A stretch of DNA of 64,000 bases from Setoptus koraiensis (lineage: Eukaryota > Animalia > Arthropoda): NCBI GenBank assembly GCA_048013815.1, contig CM106586.1, forward strand, positions 2,790,001 through 2,854,000, given 5' to 3'. The notes beneath the pieces were generated by a model. That model did no database searches, was not told the origin of the DNA, and saw nothing but the letters and a program-made list of their open reading frames with translations. How positions within the stretch are numbered: the first letter of the stretch is position 1; each line of letters begins with the position of its first letter. The position numbers were made by a program, and so were the translations under genes. Of the stretch, positions 1 through 13,545 are shown one piece after another.

Positions 1-1102
1 CAGCGGCCAGAGTGAGATTTTTCCGGCTGCCGATGCCAGCTGATGCCAGCTCAACCGGCAGCCGATGCTCGGGCAGCCAGTTTAGCGGTTGCCACAAGTT
101 GCACAGGTGAGCCACGGACAGGTAGCGAGAGGAATAGGTGATGGCCGCTTTAAAATTTTAATCTCTGGGGCTGGTTCGAGCCAGCCAACGGGAGAGATGG
201 CCGTTGTCGTTGTTGTTGTTGCCGCTGCTACTGAACAAACAGAATTGATAGATGGATTAGAGTTAGAAAGAGTCGAAAAGGCCAGTTGCAACTACAGTGA
301 GTGGACGTTATGCAAGGCAAAGTTCAACTGTGTGCCGTCGTTTTGTTTTATTTGCCTGGCCCCCAGCAACTGCAAACGGCGACTACCTGCAACGGCCACG
401 GTTACGCAATACTCGACAAGTATGACAATACTGAACAAATCCGTTACTCGTTGTTGTGACTTTTAGCTCGCACTGGCCATTGCATCATCGCGTGTTGTTC
501 TCACTATTATTTGGCTATTTATCTGGCGACGAGCTCGATGACTGGCCGGCAACATGTCAGTAGCTAACATGTTGTTAGTGCTCAGGTGAATTGAGTGTGT
601 GTGTGTGTGTGTAAGTGTGCAAATATGTGAGACATGCACTTGCGAAATAATGTAATAATGTTATAACATAATCATAATAATGTATTAATACAGCATTAAT
701 GTAATAGTGTTATAATAATATGATAATCATGACTCATTACATAATCGTATGATATTACATAATGATCAGCGAGCGCTGTGTGAGAATTGTGCGCAATTGA
801 TCATCTGTCTGTCATATAATTGACGTCAACGACGCAAACAGTTAGCACACAGAAGCTGGCACCTGAAGAGGCCAGCGTGCGCACCGATGGACAACAGGTT
901 GTTGTTACAGGTATACAAATAACGTTGCGCTTGCACTGCACTGCAACGCATTACGTAATGTGCGATGTCCACTACTTAACCATGTCCATACTATTAACGG
1001 TCGCCAATAAACATGTTGCTTTTTACCGTTAGCTGCCGTCGTAACTGCACTCTGTATAATACTGTATATTTATTGCCGGCAATTGTCGTACTGTTGACCT
1101 TT

Positions 1103-1116
1103 TGTTGTCGTTATCG

Positions 1117-1189
<73 letters not shown>

Positions 1190-1218
1190 CGTTGTTGTTG
1201 TTGTCGTTGTTGCTGTTG
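1103..1218. repeat. (GTT)n microsatellite
   Basis: Pure run 1116-1189 with degenerate flanks. Confidence 0.98.
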
Positions 1219-2483
1219 ATGCGCGCGAGCCGTCACTGTGGAGCGATTCAAAATTGAAATTGCCATGTTTGAAAACACCAGTGACTAAACAATTGTATTA
1301 GTATTATTATTATTATTATTGTTGTTGTTGTTGTTGTTGAATCGCTATTCGCTCACACTGGCGTTAATATGCAAATTTTATTATCGTAATGGCACATAAC
1401 GACGCAACGGCATACGCTCAGCGGGCAATAAATGCACAATAATGACTGATTTGGCTCGGCCGGCCCGCCAACGCTCACTCGCCGGGCTTGACAACAACAA
1501 GCACGACATGATAGTATATTCACACGAAGCGACAAATATACTCTTTCTGTCAATATTTCCAACTGTCAACATGCAGCCCCGTATGACAATAAATCACTGT
1601 GCGATCACCGGCGAAAATAAACTTCTCACACGAGCAGTTTTCGTTTGCACACTGTCATCGCTTGCGAGTCGCGACTCATCACTCATCCTGCCCGTATTGT
1701 CGAGACGATGCGCTATTTTTTGGGCCTGTCTGCTCATTGATATTTATCGTTCGGCTGTGCGATATGCCGAGGGCCAATTTTCAGGTAGGTGCAAATTGTG
1801 ACAAGAGGTACGAGAGCAGAATACATATTTGCATTGTTGACACGTCTCGCACGTTGTCAGTGACGGCGGCACGCAGCTAGACTTGAAAAAGACAAAATTG
1901 AGACAGAATTGAGCAGCAAAAAAGACAGACTCTTCGCATATCACTAACTTGCGTCAGCCCCGTCAGCATTGAGTGACAGTGCTGCATGTTTACACACTTG
2001 CCAAGACTGATTACATCATAATAGCACAGTAGTGATAATAATAACATTACGTAATGGTCAGTGACGGGCGACTGCTGCTGGCCGACGCTGGCTGACGCTG
2101 GTTGACGGTGGTCGATTGGCCAAGCTGGTCGGTTGGCTGGCTGCAGTAGTGGCGGCAGTGGCAGTGCTGGTCGCCGGGATAATATGCAAATTTTTTATCG
2201 CTCACAAATCGTTCTAAATGAGCGCACAAAAATGCAAACGATCCCGATAATTCGCACTGTCGATCTCAATTCGCTGTCCGGCAATTGTCCAGTTCGACAG
2301 TTCGGTTCGGTTTTCTTTTACTTTTTTGTTGCTTCTGACCAACGATTCCAACTTGGAGTTTCCAAGCAACGGTCCAGTCTTATTTTGGGTATTTTACTTG
2401 CGCGCACCGTATTGCCCAAAATGTGTCGTGTTGTCATTATTGTTGCCTGGCACACCGCCAGACGGCCGGACAGCTCGGCTGTG

Positions 2484-2520
2484 TGTCCGGCGCTGTCCGG
2501 CGCTGTCCGGCGCTGTCCGG
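2484..2520. repeat. 10-bp tandem repeat (CGCTGTCCGG)x3+
   Basis: Directly visible. Confidence 0.95.
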
Positions 2521-4948
2521 TTCGAAGCCGGCTCAATTGGCTGGCGTGATTTTAGCAACGCTAATTGATTGGCCAGTATGATGAATGGAGAATGGACTCG
2601 AATGAAAAGCCATTCAATATCGCAAGCAGACAACTACCATTGTGAAAAATGTGAAAAACCGGCCCGACATTGTGCGTGCCGAGCCCGCTGTTTGCAAGCT
2701 CGCCGTTGGCCGACGCTGAATCGGGCGCCGACTGCAGTTGAGTGGCAAGACCAATGCTTGAAATTGACCTCAAATGACCGTAATGAAGCCACTGGCATCG
2801 GCGTGGCCGCTGTCGCTGTCGTTGCTGTTGGCGCTCTTTGGTTGTGCTGGCAAACGATGATGCTACGAACAACAGCAACAACAACGACAACGACAGCAGC
2901 AACAACAACAACAGCCCGTGACCTCGCCGCTCGAGCGATCCGCGAGTGCGCGCCAGGCGCTCAGGTAACAGCGCACAACGGATCGCTAATCAGCGCGATT
3001 AATTGCAATCATCACTAATCAGCATATTATCTGATTGGCGTGTTTTGTTTTGTTGGCCGTCATCACGACATTCTGTGTTTAGTTTCTGGCTGGCCCGTCA
3101 GGCTGCTCGGTTCGGGGGCGGCAGACCGCAGATCGGCGGCGATTGCGCCCGTCCAGTGAGTGCGCTATTGTGGCCAGACAGTTGCCAGTATCGATATCGC
3201 CAATCGCGTCGATCGACATTGTGCATGACGGTGGCGCGCGTTTCAGTCTAATTATGCTCGAATTAGAGCGAAAAAACGGCAGCCAATCGAGTTACTGTTG
3301 CATACAGTCGGTTGCGTGCTCGCGGAATAATTAGGCGCGCATTAATTACTGGCCGCCTTACTTGCCTTGACTCAGCGGCCACAATTATCAAATCGGCCCA
3401 ACACAATGAATGATGTAATGTTACGTCATGTAATGTTATGTAATGCAGCGTGTCATGTGCACGCATATGGCACAACGATAGACGCAACAGGCAGCGAGAA
3501 TTTGCTTTGAGAAATCGCTCGCTCGCTCGCTCGCTCGTGATTATCGCCTCTCCATCCATGTCTCTGTGCCATTTTATCTGGCACAGAGATCTCTGCGACA
3601 GGTATTAGGCCGTTACAATAACGGTCTCGCTAATCGAATGCCGTAAAAGTGTGCGCGAATGGCGATTCGTGCCATTGCGTAACGGCATTGTAACGGCTGG
3701 CCATCAGTGGGTGATGATGAGCTTTTGTGGGAACCACTGTGACCAATTAGTTGTCGTCTGTTCTCACTTTCGTTCGCGTTGTCTCGCCAAGTGTCCGGCG
3801 AGCCGACTGACTGCGCGCAACTGTCGGTCGGTCGGGCCGACCAGATAACGGTGCCGAGATAAGCGAGATGCGAATCGCAGATAAGTGGCGCTCTAAGCGG
3901 CACTTGTGCGCGCATTAGCATAGGCGCCGGATCGGGTCACTGGGCCGCGCCATGCAAAATATCGCCGTACGGGCAGCGCGGCCGACGCCTGGCCAACCGG
4001 CTGGCCAATACAAAATGCCCGACGCCCCGACGCGCTAGGCAAGCCCGACAAGCCCGACATGCCGACAAATGCGGCCGTGTGATGGCTATATTACTAGTCG
4101 GCTGGCCAGGCGATATTCAGATAGAGGTTCGAGTGGAGATTCGAATAGAGATTCTGACGCAGATTCTAAGGCAGATTCAAATGGAAAGACGAGCGTCGGG
4201 CACGATGCAATCGCTCGGCGCGCCGTATGTGCAAACAACCGATCACAGGGCAACAGGTGAGTGGAGCATGAGCGAGAGAGCGCTGTCCGGCGCCTTACAT
4301 CGCCGGCAAATCGCCGAGAGTCGGCGTGAGCGGCGTATGGCACACGGAAGAGCAACAACAATGACGCCTTATCAATAACATTTGATTATTATCGAGTCAC
4401 GAGCACGACGACGCCAGCGACGCCGGCCGGACGGCGACCGTAACGCAACCGGGCGACCATGTTTTGTTTGCCCAAACGTTTGGTTCGACTTGGTTCGGTT
4501 AAGTTCAATCTGGTTCGGTTCGGTTTAGTTTGGTCGAGTGAGCGGCTTGACAGCGGCAAGGCAAGCCGGTTGCACAAGCGTCGATTGTGTGATTTATGGC
4601 TGTGTCGGCCGCGGTCAGTGTGTCAGATGATCTGTCGTTCGCACTGTCAAGTACGTTTTAACTATACTTCTACAGTGTAGGCGTTAGGCTACGTTGGTCG
4701 CTCGTAGAGTGGCGCTAGGACACTGTTTACTAGTCTTCTTGCGCTACTAATGGGGTCTCCACCAGCTTGGCATAAAACCAAGCAAACGTAAACGACAATA
4801 ATTTTATAGCTACTGAAATCATAGCTTCATTTGAATCACAAATCGTTAACCGATACATCATCAGTTATTACTTATTGAGTCTACCTTGGAAATGTTCACT
4901 CTATCTTGCCAAAACTAGACTGTCGATCTATTGATCGACCGGTTGCAT

Positions 4949-5173
4949 TTATACCATTTTTGACCATCGATGGTCTCCCTCCGAGAACCATCCGTCAGAA
5001 GTTATTTGATAGTTTTTAACTAGTAATTGTATGTGCTGTCTGAGTATTGTCTTAAATTCTTGATTGTTGAAGGCATCAACCCCGTTCATTTCTTTGACAT
5101 CCTCCTCCTTTGCGTCGACGTCTATGATGAGATTTCCGGTGCTCTCATCATCGGAGTGTTCTTCGAGCGACAT
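4949..5173 (-). CDS. Small 74-aa ORF in an AT-rich island (nested small gene or gene fragment)
   Basis: True ATG start, acidic N-terminus and non-repetitive, protein-like composition, unlike flanking DNA. LRQHIQLL weakly resembles the QQHVQLL motif recalled from GON4L/YY1AP1. Confidence 0.3.
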   Translation of the reverse strand: MSLEEHSDDESTGNLIIDVDAKEEDVKEMNGVDAFNNQEFKTILRQHIQLLVKNYQITSDGWFSEGDHRWSKMV

Positions 5174-8047
5174 ATAGAGGCGGGCTTGGGGGCCGTTTAG
5201 GCGCCGGCAATTGAGGCATTTGGGTGAGTGGGCGGCTGTTAAATAAGGCGATGGCCGGTGGTGGCGATACGAAACTGGCTGTTTGTTTAGCGCACGTCTT
5301 GCCGTTGACAGGTTTTAATTATGAGCCAACCGCTGGCTTGTTGTGGCTGGCTACAAGTAAATCACCAACGCCAAAAAATTACTCATTACAGCAACGCTTG
5401 TGCGCCGACAACTTTCCACAACCGCCGCCGCAACAGCGCACAGCGGTGCCGAGTCGAGACGAATAAACAAATAAATCGATAGTTGGATATTTCTACCAAT
5501 TAAGTATTAGTTAGATTACATTTTTAATTAGTAATCTTACAATCTTGTTAGTGCAACCGTGTATCAAGATTGATCACGAAGTGATCAGTCAGATCGCTAC
5601 AGCGCGCAATATCAAAATAATACCAGTCGGTTGGTTGTCAACGCTGGCCGCCAGCAGCGCCACTCGACGGAAGTTGACCAGTTGACCAGTTGAACGAACT
5701 GGCGCTGCCAAGTGTGTGATTGCCGCGAATTTCGTCGAGTGTGTGTCAGCTGTCAGCGCCGATGGTGACATAGTCATCGATGCCCTCGGGCGCCGCCAAC
5801 CGGACGCCCGATGGACGACAGATGACAGGTTAGTTGTGAGTGTCGGTTGTAGTGTGTGCAACAAGCATGCAAGTGGCCTGACTAGCGGCCCACTGGCACC
5901 GAGCGCAACAAGTGCAAAACGGGGCCATTAGCATGCGGCCAAAGTCAAGGTGAGCGCTCACCTGAGCCGGCCGCACCAAAAGCGACAGCTCGGTCTGTGA
6001 GAGAGAGAGATCGCTTAAATTAAAACAAAACTACGGACAGTCGGACAGTTGGACAGTTGGAGTGCACTGGTTGACCGGCCGTTTGCTCGAAACTGGCAGC
6101 AGTCCGATAAAAGCGCAAAACTAATTGGCGCAACATTGTTACTTTGTTCAGCGCACGACAAGTGCATTGGGCCGGTTGCGCAACGCACTGTGCCCAATTT
6201 ACAACGGTGAGCCGATTAGTGCGAGTTGCGACTCGCACAATTGTGAGATGCCGGCCGGCCGTCGCTGCAACCGGCGACCGGCCGACAGCAACACCGACAG
6301 CAACAACAACACCGACAGCAACGGCAACCACGTTAACAACGCCAGCGAGCTGGCAACAAGTTGTTGCTGTTGCTTGCCGGCCAACAACAACGAGCGATTT
6401 CTCCCACGTCGCTGTCAGCATCTCATGGTGGCAGTTGGTCCAGTTGTTGTCGTTATCATTAGCATTGGACCGTTGTTGTTGGCGGTTGTTGTTGCCGTCG
6501 TTGCCGTTGCTGCTGGCGGTCGCTGTTGTTGTTGGCGGTTGTTGGCGAAAAGAGCAAACATAATCAATTTAGAAAGTGATTGATCAGTGTGTGTGTGTGT
6601 GTGTTGTTTTATATCAGTTTTGTTCAGCTTGCTGTTGAATAATCATCAGTTGCGTACCGTGATCAAAATGAAAAATCTCGTCCGATTAAATGACAGCCGG
6701 CCATTGACAGGCTCGTTGCCGGGCATGCAACAAGTGTTGCAAAGTGCCGTAAACATGCGTGTACACTCATTACAGTCATATTACGTAACGGCCGCTTATG
6801 TTGCGCTGTGCCGTGCCGTGCCGTGCTGAGTTGTGGCAGCACACAAACCAACAAACTAACGGTCGACAAGTCGACCAAAGCGACACTGGCGACCAAAAAT
6901 AAATGCTGGCGGTGACCGGCATTTATTTTCGCTTGTAGCCGGCTAAAAGTAGACCGAAAGTAGTTGTGCAACCAAACAACAACAACAACAACAAAATAAA
7001 ATGCAAATTAAGCGCACTGTCATTTTGCAGCTGGCGGTCTGACAGGCCGGCACAACGAGGATCAATTAACGTACACATTCGCGCTGACGCAACAACAATT
7101 GTGAGCTGCCCAAAATGCCCCGCTGCTGGCTCTTTAACGCCTGGCCACTATCGGCTCTTAAACATGAACCGTTATCTCGCCCTCTGACGGCCAGCCAGCC
7201 GGCGAGCAACAACAACAACACCCAATTAGATCGCGAACAAACATCATATCAAACAACAACAACAACAACAACAACAAACATGTCGACAATTGCGAGTCAG
7301 CCAGCTAGTTCACAGTCCAGTTAGTTGTCGGTGCGTTCACTCGACAACATGAATGAGCGACAGTCACATTGGCAATCATCAGCACTATTTAATGCGACCA
7401 GCAAACAGGTAAATCACTCGCGACTCGCCAGCTGCCCACTGGGCATCTGGAGCGCGACAGTTGATGACGCCACCGCTAGGTGTCTCGTGTGGATTTTGTG
7501 CTCAAGCAAGTACATTTGCATGATTTATAATGCCAAAGATAGCGCCACGCTCTGGCCAGTGTCTGGCGTCGCCAGGTGCCACTTGCAGGTAACAATTTTG
7601 TGCCGGAAGTGACACTTGGCACAGGCTGAAGCTTGTTGGCCCAACAATGTTGGGGCGACGCTCACGAGAGGGCTCACTCGTCGGAATGGGCCCACTACAG
7701 GCTTTTGTGACTGACACACGATGTGTTGAGCGGCCTCAAGTGGCTCGAGCTAGCGAAAAGAGATTACGTAACGGTCGCTTATGTTGCCCTGCGACATGAC
7801 GCAGCCTCCAGTTCGGCGGCTGTGCGCGCAAGTGCTGACAGCATGAACTGATTCAGTTCAACTGAATCGCTGCTCTCAATTGTTTGCGCACTAACGGTGC
7901 TCGAACGCGAGATTCGCTTCGAGTCTTGCGTTCGTCGAATCGTGCGTTCGAGTGCGTTCGCCGAATCTTGCGTTCGAGTGCGTTCGTCGAATCGCCGTCC
8001 GCCGTTCGAATGGTGGCCAGGCGGCCACTCGAACGTTCGAAGCGGCC

Positions 8048-8104
8048 GCTCACCTGTGCCCACCTTGTGCCGGCCAAGACGGCACAAGGTGGGCACAGGT
8101 GAGC
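8048..8104. repeat. Perfect 25-bp inverted repeat with 7-nt loop
   Basis: GCTCACCTGTGCCCACCTTGTGCCG / gccaaga / CGGCACAAGGTGGGCACAGGTGAGC. Confidence 0.97.
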
Positions 8105-11089
8105 ACGGGGTGACACAAACTGGCACAGGCGCATGTTGCCAGCCACGCCAAGTGGCCGCGTCACGAGAAAGTGATGTGAGCATGCGAAACTGGCACTTGA
8201 GTTGCACAAGAACGCGATTCGAAATTGCTCATCAATGGCTCTCTAATTTGAGCGCCGATGCAATGGCACCGCAATAGCGCAAGTGGCTCGCAGCGCATCG
8301 TCGGTTACCTGTTGTAATTACCTGTTGCTGTGCCCGTTCGCTGGCCAACTAGCCGGCCTGCGTCTCACTGGCGCAACCTGGACGTTCGCTGCGAATATTC
8401 CGATCGTCGGCTTCGTGTCGAAGCTCGCATCGCTGTATCGCTCGCACGGCTCGCATCGCGTCCATGCACGGGCATTCGTTTGGGCAGTCGCTAATGATGT
8501 TTGCCCCGAAAGACAATGAAACAAATTCTCTCACACACGCATATCGCTGCGACTCGGAACGGCTTCGAGTCGTCGAATCGCCTAATCGCTGAATAGCCGA
8601 AACGCCGAATGGTCGCCGCATCGCCGGCCAACTCGTGGCTGCTCCATCGCGGCGCATTCCGTGTCAGCGCGTGTGTGTGTTCTCGCCACTTTGTGTGGCC
8701 ATTTCTGGCTCGGAGCCCGAGTTTTGAATTCGCAACTCGAGTCTCGAGTTCGAAATGCGAGTTTTGAGTTCGAAATTCGAATTTCGAGTTTCTGGATTCG
8801 GAATTCGAATCGCAAATTCGAATTTCGAAACATCAAACATCACACTCGGGCAGATATATCATAATTGAATAGAGACGACACACACAACAATCATCATGCG
8901 CGAATGTTTGCCACGCCACGCCCAACAAACACGCTCGATGGGCTTTGTTTGTGCGATCATATTCAATTGGCAGCATAACTCGAGAACTTGCAAGTAACGA
9001 TTCGCTGCAACGAGTGACCAGCGGTCAGTGTCGGTCGGCGTGCCAACACGCGCACCGCCACACCAGCGGATACCTGGCGTTTTGGGCGCAACATTCGAAA
9101 GCGGCTCTGGGTCTGGACTGGGTTTGCTCGGTCACGGGGTATTGTGGACAAGACATTCATTGTCGGATAGTCGGTTTGTTCGGTTTGTTCGGGCTGCTCG
9201 GGCAAGCGAACGCGAGGGAAATCGCATGAGATGTGTTCGTGAGACGTGTGTGCGTTCGAATGATCGAAATAAATATTTGCGAAATAAATTCATTGACCAT
9301 CGCAAACGGATTACCTGCACTGGCCGAGCCAACAATTGATTGGCCGCTGCTGCTCATTGACAATCGCTTTCAACAATCGTGTCCGTCTAGCGTATCATCG
9401 CCAACTGGCCACTGCTGTTGCTGCTGCTGCTGGCCAGGTGAAGCTGGCTAGTGGCTGGCCGGCTTCACCTGGCTGCTCTCGCTGGCGAGCTCGCCCGGCT
9501 TGCAGCCGATGATTACGTAATGGTCACAAATCATCATGAATGCAATGATCATTTCATTTCATTATATCGTTATTATTTTGTTACCGCTGCCATGGCTACA
9601 ACTCATTCAACTGTTGTTGTTGTTGTTGTTGTTGTTGTTATTATTATTACCATAGGCACCGCTGACACATGTGCGGCAACATTGTGTTATGCAACATTGT
9701 TACGCAACATGCGCAACTTGCCTTGTGCCAGCACTGTCCAGCTAGCGATAAGTTGAGCGTTAGTGTCAATGACACCTGTCGCTTTCAACTTTTTCTGCTC
9801 GCTCTCTTTGCCATTTGTATCATGACGCCAGCGATGCCACCAACCAAAGAACGAAACGAGCCAGCGAGCATGTTGCGTCACGCTTCACATTGTCGCTGGC
9901 ATCGCTGGAGCAAAATAGTTTTCATTTGTCTCGCCGTGCTAACCGTCGCCACCGTCGGCCGCGTCTCGGTCCGGTCTTGGCAGTCGCTGGCTGCTGCCGT
10001 TGTTGTTGGTTGTTGTTGGTTGTTGCTGGTTGTTGCCGTTGTTGTTGTTGTTGCTGCTGTTGTCGTCGATGTCGTTTTTGTTGTGTCCACTCTGTGTCCG
10101 GCGACAGTGTGTGTGTGGGAACAGTGCCGTTGCTATTATTAATATTATTATCATCGCAGTTGTCGATGATGCCATTGTATAATGTTGTTGTCGTTGTTGT
10201 TGCTGCTGTCGTGATAACAACTTGATTCGCCTCCAACCGACAACAAACGCTCCCATCTGCATGCGCGATTATGACCAATACTCGCCATTTGGTCGCGCAG
10301 TTTGCTATCCGTTGGATATTATCCAGGCATCCGATGCGCCATATCCGCTCACTAGAGTCGCTCGCCAGCCAACATCGCGCAACACTGTGCCCGAGGGCGC
10401 GCATGTGCCTGCGCAGCTCGCCAAAATGCTGGCCCATTGCCAATACTTCAATATTGGGGCGTCGGTCACTGACGGTCAGTGTGGCACATGACATTAGAGT
10501 GCAAGTATGCAAAGTATGCAGTCTCGCCTGGCTTGCCATATGATGGCGCGCGAATATTTGCTCACCTGAGCGAACACCGAATTCATCATGACAAGCCGCA
10601 TGACACAACAAGAGACAACGATTGAGAGAGATCTGTCTAGCCATTACAACGTCATCTCTGTCGCCTGTCTGGTCGTATTCCAGCACACACACACACACCG
10701 GGCCGGATATCAATTACACACAAACGGTTTGCGTGGCCGTTTAAAATAGAATAGCCATTGGTGGTGCTCACCTGTCTAGATTGTGCTCGCCGGCTAGCTG
10801 TGCGACTTGTGTGCCGAGACGATGATGATGCAACCAATTTGGATGCATCTCGTATCTGTTGTGCGATATTATGTGTTGCGTTGTGTTATGCGTTGGTCAG
10901 TCGGCCAGCCCGAGCCACAGACAGATAGTTGGCGTGGATAGATTGATGATTGTGGCGGTGGCCGGGCAGCATGATGCGCCGCCGACTGTCTCGGCTCGCC
11001 CGACGACCGGCCGTCTCAGCTGGCCAGACCGCGGCCAGCTCGCCAGACGGCCAAGCGGCCGGTCAACGAATTCGGGCGAGCGCCGGCCG

Positions 11090-11127
11090 ACAACAACAAC
11101 AACAACAGCAACAACAACAACAACAGC

Positions 11128-11168
<41 letters not shown>

Positions 11169-11169
11169 C
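11090..11169. repeat. (CAA)n microsatellite
   Basis: Directly visible, with a few CAG interruptions. Confidence 0.97.
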
Positions 11170-13450
11170 CAGTCAACTACCGGAGCCGCTCAATTGCGGG
11201 CAACAAGTGCCACGAACGACAAATATGCAAATATGATATCGCCGCTATGATTGCAATTTATTTTTTTCTCACTAGCTCACTACTGTCTGCTCGGCCTGTT
11301 GCGCAACAGCCTCCACGGTGCACTCCGCGGCGTGGCATGCTGGCCGCAGCAGCCATGATGCAACATGTATCAATAATCATACAGGTAAGACACGCCGGTG
11401 TGAGCGCAACAGAGAGAAGTGGAGTGATTGCTCGATACAAATCGAATGGACGAATATTGAAAAGTCGCTCGCTCGATCGCCTGAGTGAGCGGCCAGAGAT
11501 GACACGAGATGAGCGCTGGCTATTTTTGTATTCTTGCATTATTTATATTTCATTTATATTTGCCATTCTTCTCATTCTTATTTGTGCCACTTGTTGGCGT
11601 GTCTATTTTCGCCACTTGCTGCTGCCGGCGTCACTGCTGGCGCTAACGCCATGCCGGCCATATCTGGAGCTGGCTGGATGGCCGCCAGTGCAACTAATGA
11701 CTCGCCAGAAGAAGCCGCATGAAGTCCGGCGAGAATTGTTCGGCTGCAGCCGAAAAGAATAGCAACAGCAGCAAAAGAAGCAGCCAAATAAGCAGCCAAA
11801 GAAGCAGCCAGAGAGCAGCAGCGAAGCGCAACAAAGACCAAAGGGCCATGCACCAACTGACAGTATGCAGCCGATGCATGGATATTTATAGGTGGACGGT
11901 GGGCAAAAAACAAGCAACATTGGCCATTATTTGCTGGCTGCGATAGATGCGAGAATTGATTAGCATGAAGAAGATAATAACTAGATCAAACGGTGCCTCG
12001 GTTCTTTTGGCCATTTTGGGCCGGTCAAGTTCGTCGCACACACCAACAAAATATAATGCGATACGAGACGCCAATATTGTGTCAGACTCACAGCCGATCA
12101 ATTTGTTGCCGGCGGCGGCCAGTGGCGCTGCCAAAGGCGCCAAGCGCAACCAGCGTCCATACTCAGTGACTTACCTGTCGAAGCGATAAACAAATGTCTT
12201 TGGTTCTCGACGGCACTCGCCCGCCCTCGAGTGTGCGGAGCGGCCTTCGGTTGCGGGCGGCGGCCCGACGGCGCCCGCAACAGTGCGAGCCTCGAGCAGC
12301 CGCACAGCGACGCTCCGAGCTCCGAGCTGCGAACTTCAAGCTTCGAACGCAGCGACGCTCCGAACTTCGAACGCCGAACGCAGCGACGCTCCGAGCTGCG
12401 AGCTGCGAACGCGCCCGACACAGAATGCCACCAAAGAACGATTGCGCAAGAGTTGCATAATAGAATAGAGATAATAGATAATAGATAATAATGGCCGAGA
12501 GGAGCGCAGCGAAGAAGCCGCCACAACCAGACCCAGTCGCAGTCGGCCGTTAGTGTCTCTGGGCAGGCGCTACCAGCGGACAAAGGCGAGCAAAAAGAAG
12601 TTTCTGTTCGCATTCTTCTCTCCCGAAGCCGCCGCCATTGTTTGCGCAAGCACCTGTTGCAGCCCGATGCGCCGGCCATTAGTTTGGGGCATCCTGCTCA
12701 CCTGCGCCAAGCGACACTGTCAGCTGATTGTGAGCTATAATTAAATGGCTCGTGTCGCGTTCTGTTGGCCGCTTCTCTTCTTGTCGCAAACAAGATTCGA
12801 GCGGCTCGCTCAATCTGCAATGACGTAACTGATGCAGACATTACATAACATATCATATATAACATGTCATTGCCAACGCGACAACGGCCAAACGAGCGAT
12901 GCCCGTGTCACAGTGGCCGGCGTTGTGCCGCTCATTAGGCTAATTGAATGTCGTTCATGAGACGCGCTCGTTAATTTCCATGGCCGGCTTGTGAACGGTC
13001 CGAATCGATGCTGTTCCGAGGATCGCGCAGCGAGCGACTTGTCGTTTCCAAAGTTGTCGTCTCCGAAGTTGTCCTGTCCAATGCCGTCGCTTTCACGGCT
13101 GTCGTCGGCCGCCGGCGCCCAGTGACAACACCGACGACACTGGCGCCATAAACGGATGACGTATGAGCTGGGCAACATTACGCAACATAATTAGCATAAT
13201 AAACGTCATTATGTTGGCGTCGTTGTTTGCAGCTCGGCGATGAGCCGCCGCCAAACATAATCGCTGCCGCGACAAACAAACGCTCGCTCGCTCGCTCTGT
13301 CGCCGCGGCTCCTGTCTCGCGCTGGCCAATTTCGTCGCTGACTAATTTGCGCCAGATTAAACTGCAATCTGGAATCGCTGACCACGGTTTTCGCGCCATC
13401 GGCGGTGTCCGCGGACCAGTGGCCAGCGCGCAATGAATAGCTGCCGAAGC

Positions 13451-13545
13451 TCGCGAGAATATCCGAGACTCGCGTGAATATTTGAAACAGGCATGAATAA
13501 CTGGAACTGGCGTGAATGTCTGAAACGGGCATGAATATCCGAAAT
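13451..13545. repeat. Degenerate 19-bp minisatellite x5
   Basis: Units start at 13451, 13470, 13489, 13508 and 13527; consensus ~NNGCRTGAATATCTGAAAC. Confidence 0.85.

Noticed and set aside
2516-2532. tRNA T-arm-like CCGG-TTCGAAG-CCGG
   Set aside because: Only a 4-bp stem at the end of a tandem repeat; no D-arm, anticodon arm or acceptor stem.
8722-8830. Heat-shock element array
   Set aside because: GAA and TTC are mostly spaced by 0-1 nt, not the 2 nt of nGAAnnTTCn.
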